DNA of 32,041 nucleotides from Octopus bimaculoides (Eukaryota), in the NCBI RefSeq assembly GCF_001194135.2, contig NC_068983.1:90682087-90714127 (forward strand), given 5' to 3'. Below are positions 21,398 to 32,041 of the stretch, piece by piece. The position numbers were made by a program, and so were the translations under genes. How positions within the stretch are numbered: the stretch's first letter is position 1; each line of letters begins with the position of its first letter. The notes under the pieces are model-generated. The model saw nothing but the letters and a program-made list of their open reading frames with translations, did no database searches and was not told the origin of the DNA.

Positions 21398-23170
21398 CTA
21401 AAATTAAAGAAAAAAATTAATCTGTGAAGAAAATTTAGGTTCATGCAGTCAAGTCAAGGTTTATATCTTTTTGCACAAATAGAATATAATAGTTGACTAA
21501 AGACTGTTTGTTTTTTTACTGTTAACTTGCTGCACCTATAGCATTCCATGTTGAACTTCTTAGTGTATGTGTCATCTCTAGCACCATGCTTGTTTCCATC
21601 ATAACTCAACAATGACTAAACTGGTATATACTTCAATTTTTATAGTTGGATATTCCAGCTTGAAAGATTTTTACCACAGATTTTACTCATCTTACAATAG
21701 TCATAGAATTCATTGAAGTAGAAATTATACAATACTCTGAAAAACAAAACTGGATTGATGAGTAACCACAAAATATATGATTTCTGTATAGTGGTTCATA
21801 CATGAATCTGTTCAATCAAGGTCTAAACAAAATTAACATCTCCAAAGCCACTCTTTACAAATCATGGTTTATATTAGCAAATAGTCAATGAAGACCAAAC
21901 CATTAACAAAATCACAACTCATACTCTTTTCTATTATCTGCTGATTATTTGCTCTGAAATTTCAGCAGATTATCCTCTGCAAATTTCAGTTCCTTTATTT
22001 TGACCATCAAACTGCAACTGTCTTTCTCAAGCATACCCACTTTCAAAAGAGAGAGAAACTTATTCCTCCTCTATATATCACACTTGTCCCTCCATCTGCA
22101 ATAGTATACTCATATTGATTGCCAAGTCAATTCCAGGTCACCAACTACTTTGACTGGATCTTTACCAACCTTACTTCACCCTATCACTGGTAAACCAGAC
22201 ATTATCTACATCAGTGGTTTCCAAACTGACAAATACTAGCCCTCCAACAGAGAAAATTTCTCCCTCTTCACATTATTAAGAGAAAACAAATAAGAGTTTG
22301 TATCCATACAATACTTCTTTTGTTGCCATGGTGTTAGACAAGTTTTAAATTACCTGAATTTTAATAAACATGGCAATTTGTCCAACCACTTCCATGAGAA
22401 ATAATGACCTAAATAATAACTCCTATAAAATCTAGAAAATCTCAAAAATATCATTTATAATAGGACCCTTCCAGGAATGCAGGTGTTAATGAAAACTTCT
22501 TGTTCTCCTAATTTATTTTGACTTCCTCAACCTGTCTGCAGATTAGCAATTTCCACTCTATACAAAGATATTTAATTGTAAATTCTTTCACTTGTTCTTT
22601 CCTGTCTTATTTTCTCTGACCTAACTATCTTCACACATTAAGTTTCTTTCTGCATCAGTCATGCAGCAGCAGTAAAAAGACCCTCTTTAATGCATACATG
22701 AGGATTACATATTTTTCCTTCTAAAATTGTTTTTTCTTCCCTGATTCCTTTTTCCATTTTTCAGATTTGTAAGCATTCTTGTTGATTATTTCTTAACTAA
22801 CACTCTGTCATACTTTACAATTATTTTTCTTTCACTCGCTACTTTCAATTTATCAATAAAAATTTCATCTCTCTTAAACTTAGATTTCTCTTCTACCTCT
22901 TAGAATAATTTATTAAAAAGTCAACACCATCCATTTTAATAACTGTAAGTTTGAACTTGGGTCATTAAGGGTTGAGTATCTCAACCACAAAATCAAGATA
23001 TCTGGTGATGAGATACAAACTGCCAACTTATCAGCAAGTAAGTCCTGCCAACTTGAGCAGATTTAACCAATGTTTTAGTAAAAACACACTTCCCACTACA
23101 AAAAAAAAAAAAAAAAAAAAAAAATCAAAGTAAACATAGAAAAGGAAACTATATGTTCCCATACCCTTAC

Positions 23171-23257
23171 CTGACAACATCTGAATGCCAAGTGTAAGAA
23201 ATCTAATGGACAATATTCAACCATTTCACTAAATGCAATGTAATCTAGACCAAAGTT
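23171..23257 (-). CDS. TESK2: TESK-family kinase exon (subdomains X-XI)
   Basis: ttttag|NFGLDYIAFSEMVEYCPLDFLHLAFRCCQ|gtaagg; 87 bp, phase 0 to 0. Closely resembles TESK2 NFGLDYDAFQHMVGDCPPDFLQL (recalled). Confidence 0.95.
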
Positions 23258-23547
23258 CTAAAAATTAAAAAACAAAAATCACTGATTATGGACAGCTTCC
23301 AATCAATATAACATTGTCATATTTCAAATTTTAATGCAAAATCTACACTTCTTAAAATTTTCTAAATTAATCTACAAAACAAAGAAATGATGTCAAACAC
23401 AGAAAAAGAAATCCATCTTCGATGCGTAAGCAATATTTTAATGTTGGTGTATCTATACAGCATCAGAAGTTATTACATGTCAGCACATGGCATTTCAAAT
23501 AGAAAAAAACATACTATTTATTAATTATTAGTATCTGATATTAGAAG

Positions 23548-25515
23548 TCATTTGGCAGAATCATTAGAATGCTAAATGCCTTAACTGTACTTAGATACAA
23601 TTTATTACAATCATGGTTCAAATCCTGCTGAAATACTAATCAAGCAATTAAGTTAATATATAATAAACTACCTCTGTCACATAAATTCCTGGATTTGTGC
23701 CTATGTAAAAAAAATATTATCATTAGGAGAGTTGTGGACTAGCATAATTGTCAGGGAATCAAACAAAATGTTTTCTAGTCTCTAATTATAACCCTTTACT
23801 TTCTGAGTTCAATTTTGCCTTTCATCTTTTTGGGGCCAATAAAATAAATAACATTTAAGTATTGGGTCATCCCATAAATAATGTTTTTTTTTACACTTCT
23901 TTTATTTTTCAAAATTAAAATAAACAAAGTTCTTTTTTAATCTAAAATATACTTTCCTTCATTTTCTACAAAGCCCTTCCATCTATCTGGTAGACTTGCA
24001 AGGTCCCTCTTCCAAAATTCACTTGTCCATGACTAAAAATACTCCACCAGTACTGTTCTGACCTTGTCTACAGAATTCATATTTTTTCCATCCAAATGAT
24101 TTTGAAGACTGCAGAATAAATGATAATCAGATGGGGCAATGTCTGGCAAATATGGTGGGTGGGACATCATTTCCCATTTAAACTGCTCCAGCCTTCGGAA
24201 TGTCATCCTCACTGTATGTGGCCGAGCATTATCCTGATGGAAGAGCACCTTTCATTTTGAAACCAAAGATGGTAATTTTCTGATGGCATGCAGGTGTTGA
24301 TGAATGGTTGAATGACCAAATCCAAGCTTCTCTGCTAGTTCCTCAACAGTTACGATGGGATTTTGTTCCACCAGGGTTTGCAGGATGTCCTCGTCAAGCT
24401 CTACAGATCTTTCAGGACAAGGCTCGTCTTCTAGGCTGTAGTTTCTGGCTCAGAATTTCTGGAACCACTGTTGACACTGGCTTACACTTATTGTCCAATC
24501 CCCATATACTGCATTAATATTCCTTGCACATTCCATCGCGTTATTGCTTTTATTGACCTCATAAAGCAAAATATACCAAATATGTTCCTTTGTCACTTCC
24601 ATTATAGCTTTGAAAAAATAACTGTTACAATTGAACTGCACTCTTCAAAACTTGCACTAAGAATAAATACAAGGTAAAATTACTACCTGCTTTTATAGCA
24701 AGTTGATGCAGGTAGTTTATCCTGTCACCCTCCAACTTTTAGTCCATGCAATTGAAAGAACTGTATTATTTATGGGATGACCCAATACAAGGGCCAATGG
24801 TACTGACTAATACACTTCCTTCAAAACTGCAGGTCTTGTGCTGAAATCAGAAACAATTGAAAAGCAACAAGCTGACAGAATTGTTAGAGCATTGGAAAAA
24901 TGCTTTGCAGTATTTGTTCTAGCTCTTTACTTCCCAAGTTCAAATCCCACTCAAGTCAACTTTACTTTTCGTCCCTATGAGGTTAATAAAATAATATACC
25001 AAACAAGTAGTGAGTTGTTGGTACTGACTAAACCACTGCCCTCAAAGTTTCTGGCCCTGTGCCTATAATAGAGAGAATTACTATTGTTAAGATGGCAAGC
25101 TGGCAGAATCATTAGCATGCTGGGCAAAATGTTTAGTGGCATATTGTCCATCTTCACATTCTGGGTTCAAACTTTGCTGAGGTTGACTTTGCTTTGTATC
25201 TTTTCAGGGTTGATAAATTAAATACTGGTCAAGTACTGGGGTCGATGTGATCAATTATTCCCCTCCCATCAAATTTCAGGCCTTGTACCTATAGTGGAAA
25301 GGATTATCATTAAGGCAGTGAGCTGGCAGAATTGTTAGCACACCAGGCAAAATACTGAGTAGCATTTTATTCGTCTGAAATTCTGTCAAGGTGAACTTTG
25401 CTTTTCATTTCAGGGTCAATAAACTAACCAAGCACCAGTTGAGCACTGAGGTTGATGCAATTGATTTACCCTCTCTCTAAAAATTGCTGGCCTTATACTA
25501 ATATTTGAAACCATT
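23548..25515 (+). repeat. Head-to-tail array of about five SINE family B copies, one interrupted by mariner
   Basis: Unit gctggcagaat(c/t)(a/g)ttag...gttcaaat...gtcaacttt...ggccttgtgccta...attat at ~23548-23720, ~23725-23861 + 24786-24855, ~24865-25085, ~25088-25308 and ~25311-25515. Confidence 0.75.
23862..24785 (-). mobile_element. mariner (DD34D), internally deleted
   Basis: Perfect 21 bp TIRs ttgggtcatcccataaataat with TA on both sides. N-terminal HTH is joined directly to KVLFHQDNARPH...HPPYLPDIAPSDYHLF, with 34 residues between the aspartates; the first catalytic region is missing. Confidence 0.93.
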
Positions 25516-25534
25516 TTTAGTTATTGTGAAATAT

Positions 25535-26390
25535 GGATTATGACTACAGAGGACATGCAAAGGCTTGAAAGAAATGAAGCCAACATATTCCACTGGATGG
25601 GTAATATCAGTGTGCATGTACAACAGAGTGTAAATAACTTAAGAGAAAAATTGGGTAAAAGAGGAATCAATTGTAGTATGCAAGAGAGAGGACTGTGCTG
25701 TTATGGTTATATGATGCATATGGATGAAAACAAATGCATAAAGAAGTGCTGATCTCTAATTGTGGAGAGAACCTGTGGAAGGGGTAGACCCAGGAAGATG
25801 TAGGACAACGTGGTGAGAAAGAATCTTCAGACATTGGGTCTCACAGAGATGACAAGGGACTGAGACTTCTAACAGTTTGCAGTGCATGTGAAACTAAGTA
25901 AAACTGTGGCCATCCATATATACAGGTGTATCCTCTACTATCCTCTTCAACCAAGAAATCTTTGTCTTGAGGGCTTGTGGGTGATGGTTGTCATGTAAAA
26001 GTACTCGTGCCAGTGCCATGTTGAAACACCCATGCCAGTGCCTTGCGAAAGCATCCCTGCAAGGCCACATAAAACCACCCATATTAGTGCCATGAAAAAG
26101 TGCCTATATCGGTTCTACATAAGTGTCCATGATAGTTCCACATAAAAGTGCCTGTTCTGGTGCCATGTAAAAGCATCCATGCTGGCGCCACATAAAAAGC
26201 ATCCAGACACTTTGTGAAGTGGTTGGCATTGGGAAGGGCTTCCAGTCATAGAAACCATTCCAAAATGGACAATTAGAACTTAGGCAACTCTCCAAGTGGC
26301 CAGTTTCTGTCAAACTGTTCAACTCATACCAGCATTGAAAACAGGTACTAAAAGATGATGATGATGTTGATGATGATGATGGTGGTGGCA
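25535..26390 (+). mobile_element. 5'-truncated RTE LINE (C-terminal ORF + 3' UTR + (GAT)n tail)
   Basis: RLERNEANIFHWMGNISVH..LREKLG, TCGRGRPRK; tail related to 29661-30290. Confidence 0.85.
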
Positions 26391-26399
26391 ATGATGATT

Positions 26400-26525
26400 T
26401 TCTGGTTCTTTACATTCTAGACTCAAACTCTGCTGAGGCAAACTTTTCAGATGGATAAGATAAAGCACCAATCAAGTACTGGGGTTGACATAATCAACTT
26501 CTCCTCTCAAAAATTGCTGGCATAG
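26400..26525 (+). mobile_element. SINE family B, 3' fragment
   Basis: caaactctgctgagg..agtactggggttga..aaaattgctgg, as in the 25088-25515 copies. Confidence 0.65.
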
Positions 26526-26529
26526 GGAG

Positions 26530-26830
26530 AGGCACAGGCATGTGCCATACCAGATAGATTTATCTATGATAACCTCCACCTCACGCAATACAATCATAGA
26601 AAGAGTGGGTAAAGAATCTGATATGGGTGGGGTCCTGATCAATTTAGATCAATTAAAAGCTTTTGATAGTGTCAACCATCAATACTTGGCAGCTGGTTTC
26701 AGTCTCATCTTCAAAGGCTGGATCACTGCAATGTATAGCAACGTTTACTCAGTGGTTAGAGTAAGTGGTCACTTGCCAGAATCTTTCAATATCATGTAAT
26801 AGATCCCCACTGCTGTACATGCTGACTCAA
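26530..26830 (+). pseudogene. Non-LTR (L1/Tx1-like) reverse transcriptase fragment
   Basis: GVLINLDQLKAFDSVNHQYL..FKGWITAMYS..VRVSGHLPESF, then a PLLY-like remnant; the QG motif is deleted. Confidence 0.75.
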
Positions 26831-26984
26831 CGTTTATATTTAGATAGTAATCTGGAGTAATAAAAATAATGTTGATGAGGGAAGAAAAGAGAGATATACA
26901 CACACACACACACACAGTGTGTATGTGGATATCTCTCTTTCTCTTTCTCTCGTTTTTCTTCCCTCACCAACATTTCTTTTAAAT

Positions 26985-27285
26985 TTCTTTAATCTCAATA
27001 TTGTATTTGAGACTGACACAAAAATAGCCAACTTTCTAGATGTCACATTAAATCTAAACGCAAAATTATATTACCCATACAGTAAACCAAATCAAACATT
27101 GCAATATATTAATATCTCTTCTAATCATCCAAAATTAACCATCGATAGTATTATCAATGCCATCTCCATTAGAATATCCAATCTATCAGCAAATGAGGAG
27201 ATCTTCAATGCACACGCATCAACTTATAATCATGCCCTAAAATTAAGTGGCTTTCAGGACAATATTTTCTACATCCCAGATATTG
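26985..27285 (+). pseudogene. Fragment of a second PLE family (RT motif 7 / thumb)
   Basis: ANFLDVTLNL..YYPYSKPNQTLQYINISSNHP..ISIRISNLSANEEIFN..YNHALKLSGF. Confidence 0.8.
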
Positions 27286-27521
27286 TCCTTGCATATTTTT
27301 AACATTCATATATTTTTACATTTCTATAGCTCTATATTTTGAATGTGTTAAAATTATGTTTTAGACAATCCTTTTTATTAAATCCATAGCAGTCTGCCTG
27401 AGTTGAACTTCTTCCCTGTATCTCTTGAACTTGTTTAGCGTCTTGGGTTTGACTCAAGCACTTCCATGTGTTCTATGATTTTCTAAAGAAAATTTATAAT
27501 TATAAATATATATAAATACTT

Positions 27522-27577
27522 TTATTCTATTACTGGTTTCAGTTAGAGGCTGTGGCCATGCTGGAGCACTGCCTTTA
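27522..27577 (-). mobile_element. SINE family A tail fragment
   Basis: tttcagttagaggctgtggccatgctggagcactgccttt. Confidence 0.65.
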
Positions 27578-27852
27578 GTGATTAGGTGCTGCATCCATGA
27601 TCGTGAAATTCTGGTTTCAATTCCTAGACCAGGTGTGTTGTGTTCTTGAGCAAAACACTTCATCACATGTTGCTCTGCAATCACTTTGACACCTAACATG
27701 TGGCATACTGTGCATTGGTTCAGGCAACATCGATTTGATGGAGGGAGTGAGCTAATGTACAGCACATACAGTTGATCACTATAAACAAATCATTTGTGCA
27801 GGTCATTCAGCAAAATGGCTGAACACTCATACATTGTCTTCAACAGGAGAGT
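27578..27852 (+). mobile_element. Probable SINE family C
   Basis: B-box-like ggtttcaattcc, then ttgtgttcttgagcaaaacactt, resembling the central domain of CORE/Meta-type SINEs. Confidence 0.55.
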
Positions 27853-28525
27853 CTACCACACACACACACACACACACACATAGCAAGTGTATGTGTGGCA
27901 TTGGTACCACTTCAGCAGAAGTCATACTGTTTATATTTTTCACAAACAAAATGTCCTTTAGAGGCTTGATATGCAAAGAGACAGAATAAAGTATCTTAAA
28001 AAATATAGGTGGGGATGACATAATGAAGGACATTTGGTTCTGTTCCAGGTAGTTTTGTCAAAGCTATGCCAGTATAGAAAAAGCAGACAGAAATAAAAAA
28101 AAATGATGATGATTACCATTAGTACTGTCACATGGTCAAATATGAGATCCTAACATAAATTTAAGCTACAGCAGCCCTAGCAGTAATGTCTATTAATTCT
28201 CTCTCTTGCAGTAATGTAAAGAGAGAGGTGGAAATCATTTTAGTCAAATGTCAACATTTTACTGTCTGAAAACATGTTACCTTGAAACAGAGCAATTGAC
28301 TTTATAACCTTTTCTTGAATTAGCAACTCTGCCATTCCCATAACATTCTTCCAGCTGTGTAACAGCAGTTGTCACATGACATTTGCAGAATTTTTTCAAC
28401 TGTTAAATATTTTATAATAGATGAATACAAAAACATTATTTTTGGCATTGTGATTAATGAGATTATTACTTTAACGATTCACTAGTTGATTCACTGTTAG
28501 ATAAAGGGATTAAGATTAATCTTAC

Positions 28526-28609
28526 CTCAGTCCTTGGTAAAATATCAGGATCTGCATCTATTCTGGCTGTTATTTCACAAAGGATTATTCCAAATGAAAA
28601 AATATCAGC
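28526..28609 (-). CDS. TESK2: TESK-family kinase exon (subdomain IX)
   Basis: ttcaaag|ADIFSFGIILCEITARIDADPDILPRTE|gtaaga; 84 bp, phase 0 to 0. The ADPDxLPRTE motif is typical of TESK/LIMK and the downstream exons point to TESK/cdi. It may be co-orthologous to TESK1 and TESK2. Upstream exons were not found in the window. Confidence 0.95.
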
Positions 28610-28934
28610 CTTTGAAAAAAAGAAAACGATTAATATCAATTTCTATTTTTAAATTGATGCACAAAAGACAATATTCTGGATCTGTTCAGCTTGGTTTTCA
28701 GATTTTTAATTAATTTTTTTTTAACTAAACAGTTTGAAACTTCATATACTGGTGGAATGTCTCAGAGAGAACACGGTTTACTTTGAACATTTTTGACAAT
28801 ATTTGGTATTTTAGAAGTTATTTTGTGTTAAAGTTGTCATATTTGGGTAATTTCAACCAATCAACGATGTGTATTCGGTTGCAGAAAGTTACTGCTGTTT
28901 GCAATTGTAATTGCAGAGGAACAACTTCCAGGTC

Positions 28935-29090
28935 ATTTATATATATGAAGCTGAGAATGTGTGCATCACTAGAACTCGAGAACTACCCAAAAGATTTTAT
29001 TCAAATTTTACACATGCCTTACTTGGGGTCCATGCAGTGTCATGGGCCAAAAAGCTTTTTGCCTAATGCAAACACAGAGCAATCTATTAT
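28935..29090 (+). mobile_element. Possible non-autonomous Helitron-like 5' fragment
   Basis: tatatatatgaagctgagaatgtgtg..ctcgagaactaccc..ttttattcaaattttacacatg resembles Helitron 5' ends from memory; no partner in the window. Confidence 0.3.
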
Positions 29091-29161
29091 CTCTTACACT
29101 GTTTCCATATTATGTTTCAATAGTGAAACAATAACTTCGCTATTAATACTTTCACTATTAC

Positions 29162-29570
29162 TCTCTTTTTCTTTTACTTGTTTCAGTCATTTGACTGCGG
29201 CCATGCTGGAGCACCGCCTTTAGTCGAGAAAATCGACCCCAGGAATTATTCTTTGGATGCCTTGTACTTATTCTATCGATCTCTTTTGCCGAACCGCTAA
29301 GTTACGGGGACCTAAACACACCAACATCGGTTGTCAAGTGATGTTGGGGGGGGACAAACACAGACACACAAACATATACACACACACACACACACATATA
29401 TATATACATATATATGACAGGCTTCTTTCAGTTTCCGTCTACCAAATCCGCTCACAAGGCTTTGGTCGGCCCGAGGCTATAGTAGAAGACATTTGCCCAA
29501 TGTGCAACGCAGTGGGAATGAACCCGGAACCATGTGGTTGGTAAGCAAGCTACTTACCACACAGCCACTC
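29162..29570 (-). mobile_element. tRNA-derived SINE family A, full length, least decayed copy
   Basis: Sense strand ggagtggctgtgtgg (A box)...ggttcattccc (B box)...ttgggcaaatgtcttc...microsatellite...tail; many CpGs retained. Confidence 0.9.
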
Positions 29571-29660
29571 CAATTTCTTTCATTATGTATTTATATATAT
29601 TAGTTTCATTTCTATTACTTTCAATATGTATTTATGTACATGTTTGTATATATATATGTA

Positions 29661-31553
29661 TCATCATCATCATCGTTTAACGTTCGCCCTCCAGGCTAGC
29701 ATCGGTTGGACAATTTGACTGAGGACTGGCAAACCAGATGGCTACACCAGGCTCCAATCTGATTTGGCAGAGTTTCTACAGCTGGATGGCCTTCTTAACG
29801 GCAACCACTCCGAGAGTGTAGTGGGTGCTTTTACGTGCCACCAGCACGAAGGCCAGTCAGGTAGCACTGGCAATGGCCATGCTCAAAATGGTGTATTTTA
29901 CGTGCCACCTGCACAGGAGCCAGTCCAGCGGCACTGGCAACAATCTCCCTCCAATGTCTTTTCATGTGCCAAGTAGGCGACACTGGTAACGATCACGCTC
30001 AAATGGTGCTATTTACGTGCCACTGGCACGGAAGCTAGACAGCTGCTCTGGCAACGTTCACGCTCGGACGGTGCTCTCAATGCTCCACTGGTACAGGTGC
30101 CATCACGATTTCACTTTCACTTACCCCAACAGGTCATCGCAAGCCGAGTTTAGTGTCCAATGAAGGAGACATTGCCATTGGTGTCAGTTGTCGAATTTAG
30201 TTCGATTTCGATTTCACTTGCCTCAACAGGTCTTCACAAGTGGAGTTTAAGTGTCCAATGAAGGAAAGGTACGCATAAGTGGGCTGGCTACACCAGTGGC
30301 AGAGGCCTTGGATTATGGTCTCACTTGGCTTGCCGGGTCTTCTCACGCACAGCATATTTCCAAAGGTCTCGGTCACAAGTATTGCCTTGGTGAGGCCCAA
30401 TGTTTGAAGGTCATGCTTCACCACTTCATCCCATGTCTTCCTGTGTCTACCTCTTCCATAGGTTCCCTCAGCTGCTAGGGTGTGGAACTTTTTCACATGA
30501 CCATACCAGCGCAATCATCTCTCTTGCACACGACTGATGCTTCTTAGGTTCGACTTTTCTCTCAAGGTACTTACACTCTGCCATGTAGCATGACTGTTTG
30601 TACACATGCATCATACAGTCTGCCTTTTACTCTGAGTGAGAGACCCTTTGTCGCCAGCAGAGGTAAGAGCTCTCTGAACTTTGCCCAGGCTATTCTTATT
30701 CTAGCAGCTACACTTTCAGCGCACCCTCCCCCACTACTAACTTGGTCACCTAGACAGCGGAAGCTATCAACTACTTCTAGTTTTTCTCCATGGAATGTGA
30801 CAGAAGTTGTTTTCTGGACATTTTCGGTGTTTATTGCTCCTGAACATCTGCCACATACAAAAACTAACTTCCTAGTTAACCTTCCTTTGATATTGCTGCA
30901 CCTCTTATGTGTCCATAGCTTGCACTGGGTACATTTTACAGAGTTTCTACCTACGCTTTTCTACAGATCGAGCAAGGCCATTTACCTGAAGGGGATTGTG
31001 TTTTGTCTACCTTCCTACTTATTAAGACTTTGGTTTTAGCTAGGTTGACTCTAAGGCCCTTCGATTCTAGTCCTTGCTTCCACACCTGAAACTTCTACTC
31101 TAATCCTGATAGTGACTCAGCAATCAGCGCAAGGTCATCAGCATAGAGGAGCTCCCAGGGGCATCCTGTCTTGAATTCCTCTGTTATTACCGGGAGGACT
31201 ATGATAAATAGGAGAGGGCTGAGGACTGAACCTTGGTGGNNNNNNNNNNTTGAATTCCTCTGTTATTACCGGGAGGACTATGATAAATAGGAGAGGGCTG
31301 AGGACTGAACCTTGGTGGACCCCTACCTCTACCTGGAATTCTTCACTGTACTTGTTGCCAACCGTCACCTTACTGACAGCGTCTCTGTACATGGCTCACA
31401 CAGCTCTCACCAACCATTCTTTTATCCCTAGTTTCCTCATTGACCACCAGATAAGGGATTGGGGGACCCTGTCAAAGGCTTTCTCCATGTCAACGAAAGC
31501 CAGGTACAGAGATTTATCTTTGGCTAGGTATTTCTCCTGCAGCTGTCTTATAT
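29661..31553 (-). mobile_element. 5'-truncated RTE LINE with RT, embedded PHD-type finger, long 3' UTR and (GAT)n tail
   Basis: LAFVDMEKAFDRVP, GVHQGSVLSPLLF, LLYADDL, VNLAKTKV, CSIC..CTQC..WTHKRC..CGRC, FRCLGD, RWYGHV, GRGRHRKTW; stops, a frameshift and an internal deletion are present. Confidence 0.93.
31240..31249. other. 10-N contig join with a false 69 bp duplication
   Basis: 31171-31239 is identical to 31250-31318 on either side of the Ns. Confidence 0.9.
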
Positions 31554-31578
31554 ATACATATATATATATGCATATAAA

Positions 31579-31620
<42 letters not shown>

Positions 31621-31627
31621 CATATGT

Positions 31628-32005
31628 GAAAGCGCAATGGCTCAGTGGTTACGCAATGGATCTGCGGTCGTAGGATCACAGTTTTGATTCCCAGCCCAGG
31701 CACTGTTGGTGTATATTGAGCAAAAATATCTAAAGCCCGACGTGGCTACGGCAGGGGATGGTGATGAACCCTGCAGTACACTTTCACCACAACTTTCTCG
31801 CACTCCTTATTCCTGTTTCTGTTGTACTTGTATTTCAAAGGGCTAGCCTTGTCACATTCTGCATCACATTGAATCTCCCTGAGAACTAAGTTAAGGGTAC
31901 ATGTGTTTGCGGAGTGCTCAGCCACTTGTACATTAATTTCACAAGCAGGCTGTTCCATTGATTGAATCAACTACAACTCTCGTCATCATAACCAACAGAG
32001 AGCCA
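31628..32005 (+). mobile_element. tRNA-derived SINE family D
   Basis: A box tggctcagtgg (31638-48), B-box-like gttttgattcc (31681-91), tattgagcaaaaat central motif; flanked by (TA)n. Confidence 0.7.
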
Positions 32006-32041
32006 TGATGTATATATGTATATATATATATATATATATAT

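Noticed and set aside
22020-22900. Possible very old LINE remnant on the minus strand
   Set aside because: No diagnostic RT or endonuclease motif could be recovered.
28279-28392. Possible extra TESK exon (ag...gt bounded)
   Set aside because: The flanking kinase exons already join seamlessly (PRTE|NFGL), the translation has no kinase similarity, and the donor is weak.
31171-31318. 69 bp tandem duplication in the RTE RT
   Set aside because: Identical copies flank a 10-N spacer, the pattern of an unmerged contig overlap.
18635-32005. tRNA genes
   Set aside because: The A/B boxes belong to SINE heads; no complete cloverleaf was found.
1-32041. CRISPR array or other prokaryotic system
   Set aside because: The sequence is eukaryotic and intron-containing; the repeats are microsatellites and transposons without regular unique spacers.

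Overview
AT-rich, microsatellite-dense eukaryotic scaffold with five N gaps; the repeat families suggest a cephalopod, probably Octopus (inference). The only supportable host gene is the 3' end of a TESK1/TESK2/cdi-family kinase on the minus strand: four exons (28526-28609, 23171-23257, 21295-21397, 16758-17722) that splice in frame. Most of the rest is decayed mobile DNA: a near full-length Penelope-like element with ~1 kb inverted terminal arms (62-5565), a Helitron fragment, two mariners, a Tigger/pogo, a DD37E (TRT-type) Tc1 with IR/DR ends, several RTE LINE fragments, an L1/Tx1 RT fragment, a second PLE fragment and at least four SINE families. The strongest lead is a non-coding repeat (5652-6791) whose direct repeats contain all three hammerhead-ribozyme core strands in a non-circularly permuted order, 726 nt apart. 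A related element at 15043-15517 has the same layout. Also notable: a PHD finger inside an RTE reverse transcriptase, synonymous-biased divergence between the PLE arms, and a templated insertion inside a SINE. All RNA-structure and family calls are by eye and untested.
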